DNA of 63,743 bases, the filler included, from Octopus bimaculoides (taxonomy: Eukaryota): the NCBI RefSeq assembly GCF_001194135.2. It is 6 parts of 6 records of this genome, joined end to end, with 100 filler letters (N's around TTAATTAATTAA, not from the genome) between each part and the next. Parts side by side here need not be neighbours in the genome. Positions count along the whole stretch, not along the records: positions 32,965 to 53,811 come from NC_069009.1; positions 53,912 to 57,775 come from NC_069004.1; positions 57,876 to 63,743 come from NC_068989.1; 3 more parts are not named here. One strand, written 5' to 3'. The first letter of the stretch is position 1; each line of letters starts with the position of its first letter. The position numbers and the translations under genes were made by a program. Under the pieces are notes generated by a model. That model was not told the origin of the DNA. It did no database searches and saw only the letters and a list, made by a program, of their open reading frames with translations. Positions 49,031 to 59,600 of the stretch are shown here, one piece after another.

Positions 49031-49244
49031 GGTACTACTAAAGCAGCACGGTCCCGGTCGCGCGTCCGCGCTGCTAGTCTTGAGTGGTCGATCCTAACCC
49101 TAACCCTAACCCTAGCTCTAACCCTGTCCCTAACCCTAACCCGCGTGTGCAAATGAATACGTGTTTAGGGTTAGGGTTAGGATCGACTACTCATGACTAG
49201 CTAGCGCGACTGCGCGTTCGGGACCGTGCTGCTTTAGTGGTACC
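49031..49244. mobile_element. Merlin-related MITE with internal telomeric repeats
   Basis: Arms GGTAC(T/C)ACTAAAGCAGCACGGTCCCG...GTCGATCCTAA, then (CCCTAA)n on the left and (TTAGGG)n on the right. The arm core aligns with the TIRs of 47928-48564; no TSD visible. Confidence 0.8.
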
Positions 49245-49843
49245 TTTAAAATCATCATCATCATTACAATTATTAGTATAACCTTAAAGGGAATCTTTGT
49301 CAGCTTGCCATTTTGTCAATGCCTCATAAACAACAGAATAAACATCATCATTATTTTTATCATCATTAACTCTGCAATGGTTATTTTTGTCTTGTTATAT
49401 TCAGGAACATTTTCACAAACAATATTTATGTCGTTTTTCTATACGCTTTATCTTCCTGTTTGTTTTTCTATTTCAGAATATCCCACCTTGTTTGACATCA
49501 AAGAAATTTCATTGATATTTTTATCAACTAAAGGAAGACGATATATTTATAAGGAGCCTTCATCAATATATCAACCACTTTTATATGAATAATGTCTATG
49601 ACAAACAACAGCGAAATACTTTTTTTGTCTTCACTGTTTGGAATTTAGAGGATGTTATTGCTTTACAAGCTTGTATAACTTTGAAGCATTTGACAGTTTT
49701 CACCTGCTCATTTAAGTAAGATCACACATGAAGGAAACCACATTAAATCTTTCGCTAAAAATAGTAACTCAACTGAACACAAACATATTCATAGAAATAA
49801 AAAAAATATCTTTGTGATATGAAAGACAAATTATTCTCTCATA

Positions 49844-51043
49844 ATGGATACTTTAACTGGATCTAAAAACCCTGATACAAGAGAGAAACTATTTTCCTGT
49901 GATGTCTGTGGAAAATCATTCTCTCGAAGAAGTCACTTGACCAGTCACAAACGTACACATACAGGAGAGAAGCCATATCATTGTGATATCTGTGGAAAAT
50001 CATTCTCTCGAAGAAGTCACTTGACCAGTCACAAACGTACACATACAGGAGAGAAGCCATATCATTGCCATATCTGTGGAAAATCATTCTCTTGTAATAG
50101 TCATTTGAGTAGTCACAGACGTTGTCATACTGGGGAAAAACCATATCATTGTGATATATGTGGCAAATCATTTTCTGAAAATAGCAGTTTAACTACTCAC
50201 AAACGTATTCATACAGGGGAGAGGCCATATCAATGTAATATCTGTGGTAAATCATTCACTGCAAGCAGTGACTTGACTAAACACAAGCACGTTCATACAG
50301 GAGAGAAACCATATCATTGTGATATCTGTGGTGAATCATTCACTCAAAATTATAGTTTGATGAAACACAAATACATTCATACTGGGGAAAAACCATATCA
50401 TTGTGATATATGTGGCAAATCATTTTCTGAAAATAGCAGTTTAACTCGTCACAAACGTATTCATACAGGAGAGAGGCCATATCATTGTAATATATGTGGT
50501 AAATCATTCACTGCAAGCAGTAACTTGACTAAACATCAGTGCGTTCATACAGGAGAGAAACCATATAATTGTGATATCTGTGGCAAATCGTTCTCAGAAA
50601 GAGGTGTCTTAACTAAACACCAGCGTATTCATACAGGAGAGAAGCCATATCACTGTAACATATGTGGTAAGTCATTTTCTAATGCCAGTAACTTGAAAAG
50701 GCACAGACGTATTCATACAGGTGAGAAGCCATATCATTGTGATATCTGTGGTAACTCATTCTCTTGTAATAGTCACTTGTCTAATCATAAACGTATTCAT
50801 AATGGAGAGAAGCCATATGATTGTCATATCTGTGGTAAATCATTCACTGCAAGCAGTCATTTGACTAAACACGAGCGCGTTCATACAGGAGAGAAACCAT
50901 ATCATTGTGATATCTGTGGTAAATCATTCTCTCAAAATGATAGTTTGACGAAACACAAATACATTCATACTGGGGAAAACCATATCATTGTGATACCTGT
51001 GGTAAATCATTCTCTCAAAAATCCCACTTCAGAACACATGTGA
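49844..51043 (+). CDS. C2H2 zinc-finger protein ZNF-5 (13 fingers; 14th frameshifted)
   Basis: 399-aa ORF. GGGGAAAAC at 50972-50980 has one A fewer than in paralogs; restoring it gives YHCDTCGKSFSQKSHFRTHVSIHKQA* (stop 51061-51063). Confidence 0.9.
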   Translation: MDTLTGSKNPDTREKLFSCDVCGKSFSRRSHLTSHKRTHTGEKPYHCDICGKSFSRRSHLTSHKRTHTGEKPYHCHICGKSFSCNSHLSSHRRCHTGEKPYHCDICGKSFSENSSLTTHKRIHTGERPYQCNICGKSFTASSDLTKHKHVHTGEKPYHCDICGESFTQNYSLMKHKYIHTGEKPYHCDICGKSFSENSSLTRHKRIHTGERPYHCNICGKSFTASSNLTKHQCVHTGEKPYNCDICGKSFSERGVLTKHQRIHTGEKPYHCNICGKSFSNASNLKRHRRIHTGEKPYHCDICGNSFSCNSHLSNHKRIHNGEKPYDCHICGKSFTASSHLTKHERVHTGEKPYHCDICGKSFSQNDSLTKHKYIHTGENHIIVIPVVNHSLKNPTSEHM

Positions 51044-51589
51044 GTATACACAAACAAGCGTGACTGTATGCCTACAGTTACATTTAGTTTTTCTCCTAAG
51101 AGACAGGAATTTTTTTTGTCTCTTCAAATTTCATGTTTTAAACTTTAATTTCATCAATGTCAACATTAAATTCAGTAAGGAATTACAACATGACTACAAT
51201 TACCACTATTTTTGTTCTAAGAGACAGGGATTTTTTTTCATTTCTTCAAATTTGATGCAATGAACTTCAATTTTATCATTGTCAGCATCAAATTCATGAA
51301 TATCAACCTGAATGTCTTGTATATATAGAAATATATCAACACAACAATGCCTTTGATTTCTGAAGATGGTCATGCTGGATTTTTCAGGAATTTGTTATGA
51401 CAGAATAAAGAAATGCGAATAATGAATAAAAGGTTAAACTGAAATTGGTTTTGTTGTCGTCGCCATCTTCTTCTTTTAGTGATATTTTTTTTTTATATGC
51501 TGACATGTGTGGGACAGTGTGACATGAATAAAAGATTAAACTGAAATTGGTTTTGCTCATGTTGTGTTTTCATCATCATCGTCGTTATT

Positions 51590-51890
51590 ATCATCATCAT
51601 CATTGTTTAACGTCCGCTTTCCATGCTAGCATGGGTTGGATGATTTGACTGAGGACTGGTGAACCACATGGCTGCACCAGGCTCCAATCTGATTTGGCAG
51701 AGTTTCTCCAGCTTGATGCCCTTCCTAACGCCAACTACTCTGAGAGTGTAGTGGGTGCTCCTTTAGTGATATTTTTGTTTATACGCTGGCATAAGCTGTG
51801 ACATGAGCTGGCAAGCCATAATACTGCACTAGGTTCCAGTCTGATTTGTTTGGGTTCCTTTAGATGTATTCTCCTAATTCTAACCACTTT
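51590..51890 (-). mobile_element. RTE-type 3' end with (GAT)n tail
   Basis: RC ...GGCGTTAGGAAGGGCATC...CCCATGCTAGCATGGAAAGCGGACGTTAAACAATGATGATG. Confidence 0.65.
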
Positions 51891-51913
51891 ATAGTTTATG
51901 CTGTGTGCTTTAC

Positions 51914-51945
<32 letters not shown>

Positions 51946-52049
51946 GTATGTATATTCATATGCGTGTGTATGTATGCATATCTAATACTATAAATGTGAA
52001 TATCAGTGTGTCACACTTTTTTAAACTTTACTCCGAGAGGTTATACACC

Positions 52050-52134
52050 AACATACCATTCCGGTCCAGGAAGCGAAACTGCGATCCTATGACCGCGAGT
52101 CCGCTGCCCTAACCACTGGGCTATTGCGCCTCCA
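52050..52134 (-). mobile_element. SINE family C tRNA head only
   Basis: RC GTGGAGGCGCAATAGCCCAGTGGTTAGGGCAGCGGACTCGCGGTC..GGATCGCAGTTTCGCTTCC. Confidence 0.8.
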
Positions 52135-52689
52135 CGATGTCAATGTATGGTCATACAAAAACTCGTTAGATCTTAGAGATGATACCGAAGTTGACCATGA
52201 TGGAATCGAGATGTACAACAATGTAGCGTACCTGTCGTGTCTGCTTGGTTTGTCTCAGGGCTAAACATAAAAAAAAAAAACAGGAAGAGACAAAGCTGGT
52301 AGCAACGACGCATGTGCAAAACAACAGCCTTTAATAAAAATTNNNNNNNNNNNNNNNNNNNNNNNNNNNNNNNNNNNNNNNNNNNNNNNNCATCTGACAA
52401 TAGATTCACTCTCTCTGTTTTTGTTGAAACGTACATGCCAGAATGCCGTAACGTTTTGCAACACATCAACAAAATTAAAGTTGTTCTAGCCCTATTCAGT
52501 GAATATTTATTCTTCATTTACATGCAGCCCACATATAATCATCACATTACCAACCAGACAATGAAAACACTCATATACCAACTAAAACAACATATTCAAA
52601 AGTGATGATAACGAAATAGAAGCTGACTTCAATAAATTTGAGAACAGAAAAGCCCTACAAATTACATGGTTCCTGTATTTATAGCTAAA

Positions 52690-53063
52690 TATAGGAGTAG
52701 ACTTTGTTAAAATAATCTGGTGAAAGTGTTGACAGATTAGGACAAAGAAAAGCACTGAAACGAAACCATGGAGTTAGTAGATGTATCAATCGAAGAATTG
52801 AAGAAGTACAATCGCATAAAGGGAAATAATTTCTATAATACTTCACGATCCAACAAGTAAATTATTAATTAATATGATTAATTAACGATCATTGAATTAT
52901 GTCATTTAATCATCCATCCTCTCCTCACTGCATTCTTTTCCAATTTCAGAATATCACATCTGATATTTTTATTCCTCTTCATCGATTAAAAGAAGACGAG
53001 GCATTTACAAGGTACATTCATCAATAAATCAACTACTTTTATATAAGTAAAATCTATGATGAA
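52690..53063 (+). pseudogene. Orphan ZNF leader module (upstream-exon remnant + acceptor exon), cut by a gap
   Basis: 52700-52850 matches RC 32965-33120; 52890-53063 closely matches the ZNF-2 leader (RC 37687-37870), including TTTCAG|AATATCACATCTGA. No fingers follow. Confidence 0.55.
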
Positions 53064-53073
53064 NNNNNNNNNN

Positions 53074-53497
53074 AAAAACAGGAAGAGACAAAGCTGGTAG
53101 CAACGACGCATGTGCAAAACAACAGCCTTTAATAAAAATTGTGAAAGACATCTGGAAACCGATTCACAAGAGTATTCCTCTTTTCCTTTTAGGGAATCAG
53201 GTCCCTCACTGCCTAGAACTAATACTGCTAGGTCCCTTTGCTTCGACTCCCAACACTTGGTGTCGCGATGCCTCTCTCACTGTAAGTACCATCTGACAAT
53301 AGATTCACTCTCTCTGTTTTTGTTGAAACGTACATGCCAGAATGCCGTAACGTTTTGCAACACATCAACAAAATTAAAGTTGTTCTAGCCCTATTTAGTG
53401 AATATTTATTCTTCATTTACATGCAGCCCACATATAATCATCACATTACCAACCAGACAATGAAAACACTCATATACCAACTAAAACAACATATTCA
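53074..53497. repeat. Near-identical duplicate of 52274-52597 (probably a misplaced or allelic contig)
   Basis: 53290-53497 vs 52391-52597 differ by one base by eye. Confidence 0.85.
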
Positions 53498-53541
53498 GCT
53501 GGTCGTTTAGAATGCCGGAAATAGCAGTCATCACATGGCTT

Positions 53542-53811
53542 GGATCTTTTTTAAAACGGGGGCCACATTTTTCATTAACGAAACACTTTGAAACTTGGAA
53601 CACTGGTAGAATGTGTCATATAAAACATCTTTTTCTCTTAGTCTTCTTAAAAAAAAAAGAAATCCAGAAGTTATTCCATGTTAAAGTTGTCGTATTTCTG
53701 TAATTTCAACCAATCACTGACGTCCATTCAGCCGATATACATTAAGTGCCGATTACATAAACAAACGATTCTGAAACAATTAATCCTAACCCTAACCCTA
53801 ACCCTAGGGTT
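53542..53811 (+). mobile_element. Left half of telomere-hairpin MITE
   Basis: Preceded by CATGGCTT (53534-53541); starts GGAT; ends GAAACAATTAATCCTAACCCTAACCCTAACCCTAGGGTT, which overlaps RC 38569-38607. Confidence 0.7.
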
Positions 53812-53931
53812 NNNNNNNNNNNNNNNNNNNNNNNNNNNNNNNNNNNNNNNNNNNNTTAATTAATTAANNNNNNNNNNNNNNNNNNNNNNNNNNNNNNNNN
53901 NNNNNNNNNNNTATATATATATACATAAGGG

Positions 53932-54105
53932 CATTACTATATATATATATATATATACATATACGACGGGCTTTTTCCAGTTTCCGTCTACCAAATCCAC
54001 TCACAAGGCTTTGGTCGGCCCGAGGCGATAGTACAAGACACTTGCCCGGGACTGAATCCGGAACCATGTGGCTGAGAGGCAAACTTCTTACCACACAGCC
54101 GCTCC
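53932..54105 (-). mobile_element. SINE family A, 5' half
   Basis: RC GGAGCGGCTGTGTGGTAAGAAGTTTGC...GGATTTGGTAGACGGAAACTGG. Confidence 0.8.
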
Positions 54106-54954
54106 TTATATTTGCACATGCATCAAATAAGAGAGGCAATTATAGTAATCAAGACTTTATACATATATTTTACTTGAGGTGCCAAAAGACAGAAGTATTG
54201 CATAATGGTATAAAATAAAACACAATAATAATAAAAATTATAAAGATACAATAATGTCAATGATCTAACGAACGGAAGGAGACGTTTTTAATCATATAAA
54301 GAAATGAACCCCAAAAAGTATTTCTTGATGTGAACTCATGTGGTGAAACATTTTGGAAGCGTCATTACGCAAGTAATAAACACACGCACTGGTTCTGTTT
54401 CCCTTTATTATTTGTCAATTATTCATTCAATCAACCAACTTATCGATTGCTTGCTTAATCGGTCGGTTAAACAATCGATCAGTTGTTTTGTTTAGTTGCT
54501 AGTTCAACTGCTCGATTGTTTAATTGATTGACTGAGCAAGCGCTCGACAAGTAGACAGGTTAAATTATTGATCAGCTGAAGTGAAATCGAACCAGTGTGT
54601 GTGTTTATTAGTGGCCTAATGGCCCTCCCAAAATACTACAAAACTAACTCCTTCGATTTTTAGAATTTAAACGTGTGAATATTCTTGTGATCACAGTTAT
54701 CACCTCATTTCATTCATTTTGAAAGTTGTGTACTGGAAAGCAAAATTTCAACTACCCTGGAAGAGGTGGGGGAATAGAAATTGAATGTAGGACAGTATGT
54801 GCAGTTGTATTTGTGTCTTATTGTTGGGACGGGGAAGCCTTGATGGGATGCATTCTTTGGGATAGAATTTGGTAGTAGAACCGGTTGGTGTTTCAGGGAT
54901 TGTCTTGCTGACTGTGTTCCTGTTGAGGTTTTTATTGCTATTGTTATCGACAGT

Positions 54955-55622
54955 AGTTCGGTAGATAAAGCAATTAAAGATATAAAGACAGAGAAACCTC
55001 ACCACCAAACCCGGCCCATCAGGAAACACCGCTAAGATGCTTAAAATATCTGGCGGAAACGGATTTAGCCTGATCACCCGTTTAGTTTATCAAGTTGTCC
55101 ACAAGGGAGTCATACTAAATGACTGGTGTAGCAGTCAAAGGCAAAGGTGGTGCCTTAGGCAAAAAATAATTCAGAAGTATCAAATTGCTGGATTACGTTA
55201 TGAGAGGGTCGTAGCTCAACTAATTAAGAAGAGATTTAGCCTCAATGAAATGTAATTTTGTTTTTTGCCAGAGAGAAGTATTACTGATGTTACTTTCCCG
55301 GTTAGGCAACTGCAGAAGCATTTAGCGAAAAATAGACCTCTGTACATACCTCTTGTCGATATGGTGAAATCCTTTGACTAGATCCCTTGTTCCCTTATCT
55401 GGTGGTCAATGCAAAAACTGGGAATAGATGAGTGGTTGGTGAAAGCTGTACAAGCCATGTACAGGGATGCTGTCAATAAGGTGTATATAGCAATGGATTT
55501 AGTGTACAAGTAGGAGTTCACCAAGGATCACTTCTTAGCCTCCTTTTGTTTATCATGGTCCTCCAAGTTATGACAGAAGAATTTAAGACTGGCTGGCCTT
55601 GGGGAGCTCCTCTACGCTGATG
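54955..55622 (+). mobile_element. Decayed RTE-clade reverse transcriptase
   Basis: DKAIKDIKT..GPSG..AKMLKISG, KGKGGAL, RSITD..VRQLQ, VDMVKSFD, GVHQGSLLS and ELLYAD motifs across frameshifts. Confidence 0.8.
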
Positions 55623-55704
55623 AAGGCTCAAAAGGAAATTATTCTTGCTAGGATTTGATCCTAGAATGTAAAGGAATGGGATAAAAATAGCAGAAGACCA
55701 TAGG

Positions 55705-56110
55705 ATGTATTACCTGTTTCAGTTATAAGGCTGCGGCCATGCCGGGACACCACCTTGAAGAATTTTTAGTCGAACGAATTGACCCCAGGACTTATCTTTT
55801 AAGCCTGGTACATATTGTATCAATCTCTTTTGTCGAACCGCTAAGTTACGAGGACGTAAACACACCATCACTGGTTGTCGAGCGGTAGTAGGAGGAGGGA
55901 CAAACACAGACACAAAGACACACACACGTATATAAGTACATACATATATACGACGGGCCTCTTTCAGTTTCCGTCTACCAAATCCACTCAAAAGTCTTTA
56001 GTTAACCTGACGCTATAATAGAAGACATTTGCCCAAGATGCTATGCATTGGGACTGAACCCTGAACCAGGTAGTTGGGAAGCAAGCTTCCTACCACACAA
56101 CCTCGCCTGC
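55705..56110 (-). mobile_element. SINE family A, full length
   Basis: Tail, body and head all present, as in 12227-12646. Confidence 0.85.
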
Positions 56111-56660
56111 TCCTATATATAATATATTCCAGTAACCTACTAGTTATGTTGTTCCATTGTCTTATAATTCTATTAATAATAATATCTTACAGGTAATGGA
56201 TTGGGTCATAAACTTTCGAAGAAGGATGCAGCCAAAAGATGAAAGGTAAATTTAACCCGAGTGAAATTTGAACAGAGAGATATAAATAAACACTGCAAAA
56301 CATTTTCCGTCTGTTCCTTTTAATTTCAATAATTTAAAATCCTGATGTTGGGCCTTTTGAAAAAGAATTTCTGAGCAAGTCAAAGGCCTCTGATGGTTTT
56401 TTTAATTTTTTTTTTTTTTTTGAAAAGCAGAGATTATGACGTGGAAATTTTATTCGGAATGATGGAATACAAATTACTTTGGTCAAAACTTGCCCAACAT
56501 GCGGTCGGCGTTATAAATTTCAAATCTCAAGTCAATTCGAATAAGGGGCCAATGTGTAACTACGAAAAGATCAACGCAGAACTTGGTTGATACATTATAT
56601 CATTGACTCCTGGAGGGATAAAAGACAAACACGAACCCAGAATGATAATGGTAATAATTA

Positions 56661-56712
<52 letters not shown>

Positions 56713-56744
56713 GGTGGTGGTGGTGGTGGTGTTAGTAGTAGTTA

Positions 56745-57133
56745 TCACCAAGGAAATAAAATGCCTTCAAATCGATGTATCAATACCAGCAGATGACAAT
56801 GTATCTTTAAGAGAAACGGAGAAACTCTCAACATACAAGTTTCTAGAAACAGAGATAACGCAAATGTGGAGCTTAAAAACAGAAACAGTTCCTATAATAG
56901 GGGCACTAGGTATGATTTAAAAAAGCATTCAAGCAAATACATAACCAAAACACTAGGATTTATGAATGTATATAACATACAGGAAATCGCACTACTAGGC
57001 ACCACGCACATCTTACGTAAAGTACTTTCAATACAATGAAAATACGAGCACCACAACAAACCACAGCACATGCACAAGGCTCACATTGCTGCGCTCGGTA
57101 GTGCAGTGAAAGCAAGTGATAAAAATAAGACTA

Positions 57134-57136
<3 letters not shown>
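56745..57136 (+). mobile_element. R4/Dong-type 3' fragment (REL endonuclease), second copy
   Basis: CLQIDVSIPADDNVSLRETEKLSTYKFLETEITQMWSLKTETVPIIGALG; 3' UTR matches 18842-18938; followed by (AAT)n. Confidence 0.85.

Positions 57137-57217
<81 letters not shown>
57137..57217. repeat. (AAT)27 microsatellite
   Basis: Direct perfect run. Confidence 0.95.
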
Positions 57218-57218
<1 letters not shown>

Positions 57219-57775
57219 CCTCACTGTTGATTAAACAAAATACAAACCGGAATGATCATCGACCGGGTTATAAAGGACCACTTACTCGGATTATGAACCA
57301 GATCCGAGACGAGAAATCTGCTACTGGTTCAAATCTTCCCGACACACAGGAGCTGGAAGTACCCCACAGCTGGAATATTCCAACAGATGGCCCTACATGC
57401 TCGTCATCAAATAACCAAAAGAAAAAGAATGAAAATGGTCTAGGGAAGATAATAAAGAAGTTCTTACAGCCTTCTACCATGCCATATATTTCCCTACAGA
57501 TAAATCTAATACTGTACAAACCTACTTAAACTGGAGACAGAAACACCTTGAAGTAAGACCCTACATAGACAGTAACAAACTTGCCAACGTCAGAAGAAAC
57601 ATTATGAAAAAAAATTACTAACTGAAGTAGAGATTGACCAAATTAAACAAGCAGTATGGGATAAAAAGAATGAAACTGCAGCTAAAGAAGATACTACAGA
57701 GGAAATAATTATAAACCAGCCCAAGGCTGATGAAAATACAGTAACTGATAGGCAAAGTGAAATACTCTCTGAACC
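57218..57775 (+). mobile_element. Probable R4/Dong 5' region (N-terminal ORF part)
   Basis: KWSREDNKEVLTAFYHA...NWRQKH...KLANVRRNIMK..LLTEVEIDQIK resembles R4/Dong N-termini (from recall); starts at the (AAT)n run. Confidence 0.45.
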
Positions 57776-57875
57776 NNNNNNNNNNNNNNNNNNNNNNNNN
57801 NNNNNNNNNNNNNNNNNNNTTAATTAATTAANNNNNNNNNNNNNNNNNNNNNNNNNNNNNNNNNNNNNNNNNNNN

Positions 57876-58960
57876 ATCTGCGCTCGGCAGGCTTTAGTTG
57901 GCAAGAAAAGAAAGCCAAAGGATGTATGTTTCCATCTACGGTGTGGTGTAAGACATCACCGACCACAGATAATGAAAGGGGGGCCTCAGGAGCCGGATGT
58001 GCAAGGACGGGAACGGAGGATAATTCCCGTTTGACGGACTCAAAAGCTGACAACGCCTCAGCAGAAAGAGTGAGTCGAGCATCCTTCTTAGTGTGGCCTT
58101 GCAGTAGCCTAGTTAATGGAAGAAGCTTATCAGCACATCGGTTTATAAATCTCCCGTAAAAATTGACAATCCCCAAAAGAAATGGCGCAACTGTCTTAAA
58201 GAAGTCGGAGGTGCGATGCGTTGAATGGCATCGACCTTTGAAGGAAGAGGTCTGATTCCACTGGAATCAATAAAGTGTCCGAGAAACTCCAGAGAAGATT
58301 GCCCGAAAACACATTTATTCGGATTGACTTTCACGTTGTATGAACGGAGTCTCTGGAAAAGCAGTGATAAATGGTGGAGGTGATTCTCTTCCGTATCGCT
58401 AGCGATGAGTATGTCATCAACATAGGCAAAAACAAAACCAAGTACACGGATGACCTCATCTATGAATCTTTGAAAGGTGCTGGTAGCATTACGAAAACCG
58501 AAACTCATGAACAGGAATTCAAAACAGCGGAAAGGAGTGTTGATGGCTGTCTTAGGAACGTCCTCTGGATTGACTGGTATCTGATGATAGGCCCGTACCA
58601 GATCAATGTTAGAGAAAATGGTGCACCCATGCAGGTTTGCCGAGAAATCCTGTAGGTTGCTAATTGGATAGCGATCTGCTATCGTCACGGCGTTAAATCG
58701 CCGATAGTCCCCCACCGGGCGAAAATCCGTGTCCCCTTTACGGGCCAAATGAAGAGGAGATGCCCATGGGCTGGTGGAGGGGCAAATGAGGCCGAGTTGA
58801 AGCATGTGTTCAAACTCGGCCTTGGCCGTCTTAAGACGGTCAGGCGCTAGACGACGTGGGCGCGAAAAAACGGGTGGTCCAGTCGTCTTGATGTAATGGA
58901 GGGTGGAATGCGCGGGCTTCGCCGGTTTGAAAGTGATGTCCACCAGCTCCGGAAAAGACG
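57876..58960 (-). mobile_element. Ty3/Gypsy LTR retrotransposon pol fragment (RT + start of RNase H)
   Basis: [66 protein letters not shown]; the next frame has [27 protein letters not shown]. Confidence 0.95.
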
Positions 58961-59149
58961 CTAAGAGAGAATGAAAAGCGTCCCCAGCAGTGGCAATAAA
59001 AAATGCATGAATTCGGTAGCATGTCGCCCTTTGGTTAGATGAGACGCCGTCAATGAAGTTGCGTGGTTAGAAGTCATTTTTCTCCTCTCTGGTTATCATT
59101 GTGGCTCCAGTGTTGGGTTGTCGGAGAGCTGCTATCGTGACGTCTAGCT

Positions 59150-59600
59150 TCCACGAAGTTCAGCGAGCAAAGAGATCGAAATACGCGCGAACGCTTGGAT
59201 ATGGATGAGTACGCATGCGCATGAGACTCTTCCTGTGTTCCTTCCGGAACTAGTCCCTACGCATGCGTAGATAAACTCTCCAGAAATGGCGACTGATTTT
59301 AAGCGCCACAACAATCCCATTGAGTTGCGTTTTGATAGGCAGTGAACAAGAGAGTTTTGATTGTAATTTTCAAGTAATTTTGGTTTCAACAGTGATGGTG
59401 ATGCTGCTGCTGCTGCTGAGGAGGAGGAGGAGGAGGAGGAGAGGGGTATAAGGATGAAAAATTTCTAGCTTGATCATATTTTCTTGACGAATCCAGAAGA
59501 AAAGAGAGAGAGACAGACAGAGACAGAGAGAAAAGAGAAAATCACAACGTGTATGATTTTCACGGTGTGGGGGCGTGGCAGGTAGCAACAAGAGTGATGG
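59150..59600. promoter_or_regulatory. CpG-rich promoter-like island
   Basis: ACGCATGCGCATG (~59211) and palindrome TACGCATGCGTA (~59257) are NRF1-like; TTCCGG is ETS-like; GGGGCGTGGC is Sp/KLF-like. No linked gene identified. Confidence 0.35.

Noticed and set aside
55616-55640. CTGATGAAGG hammerhead-like core
   Set aside because: Falls on the RT codons of the YADD motif; no stems or GAAA pairing.
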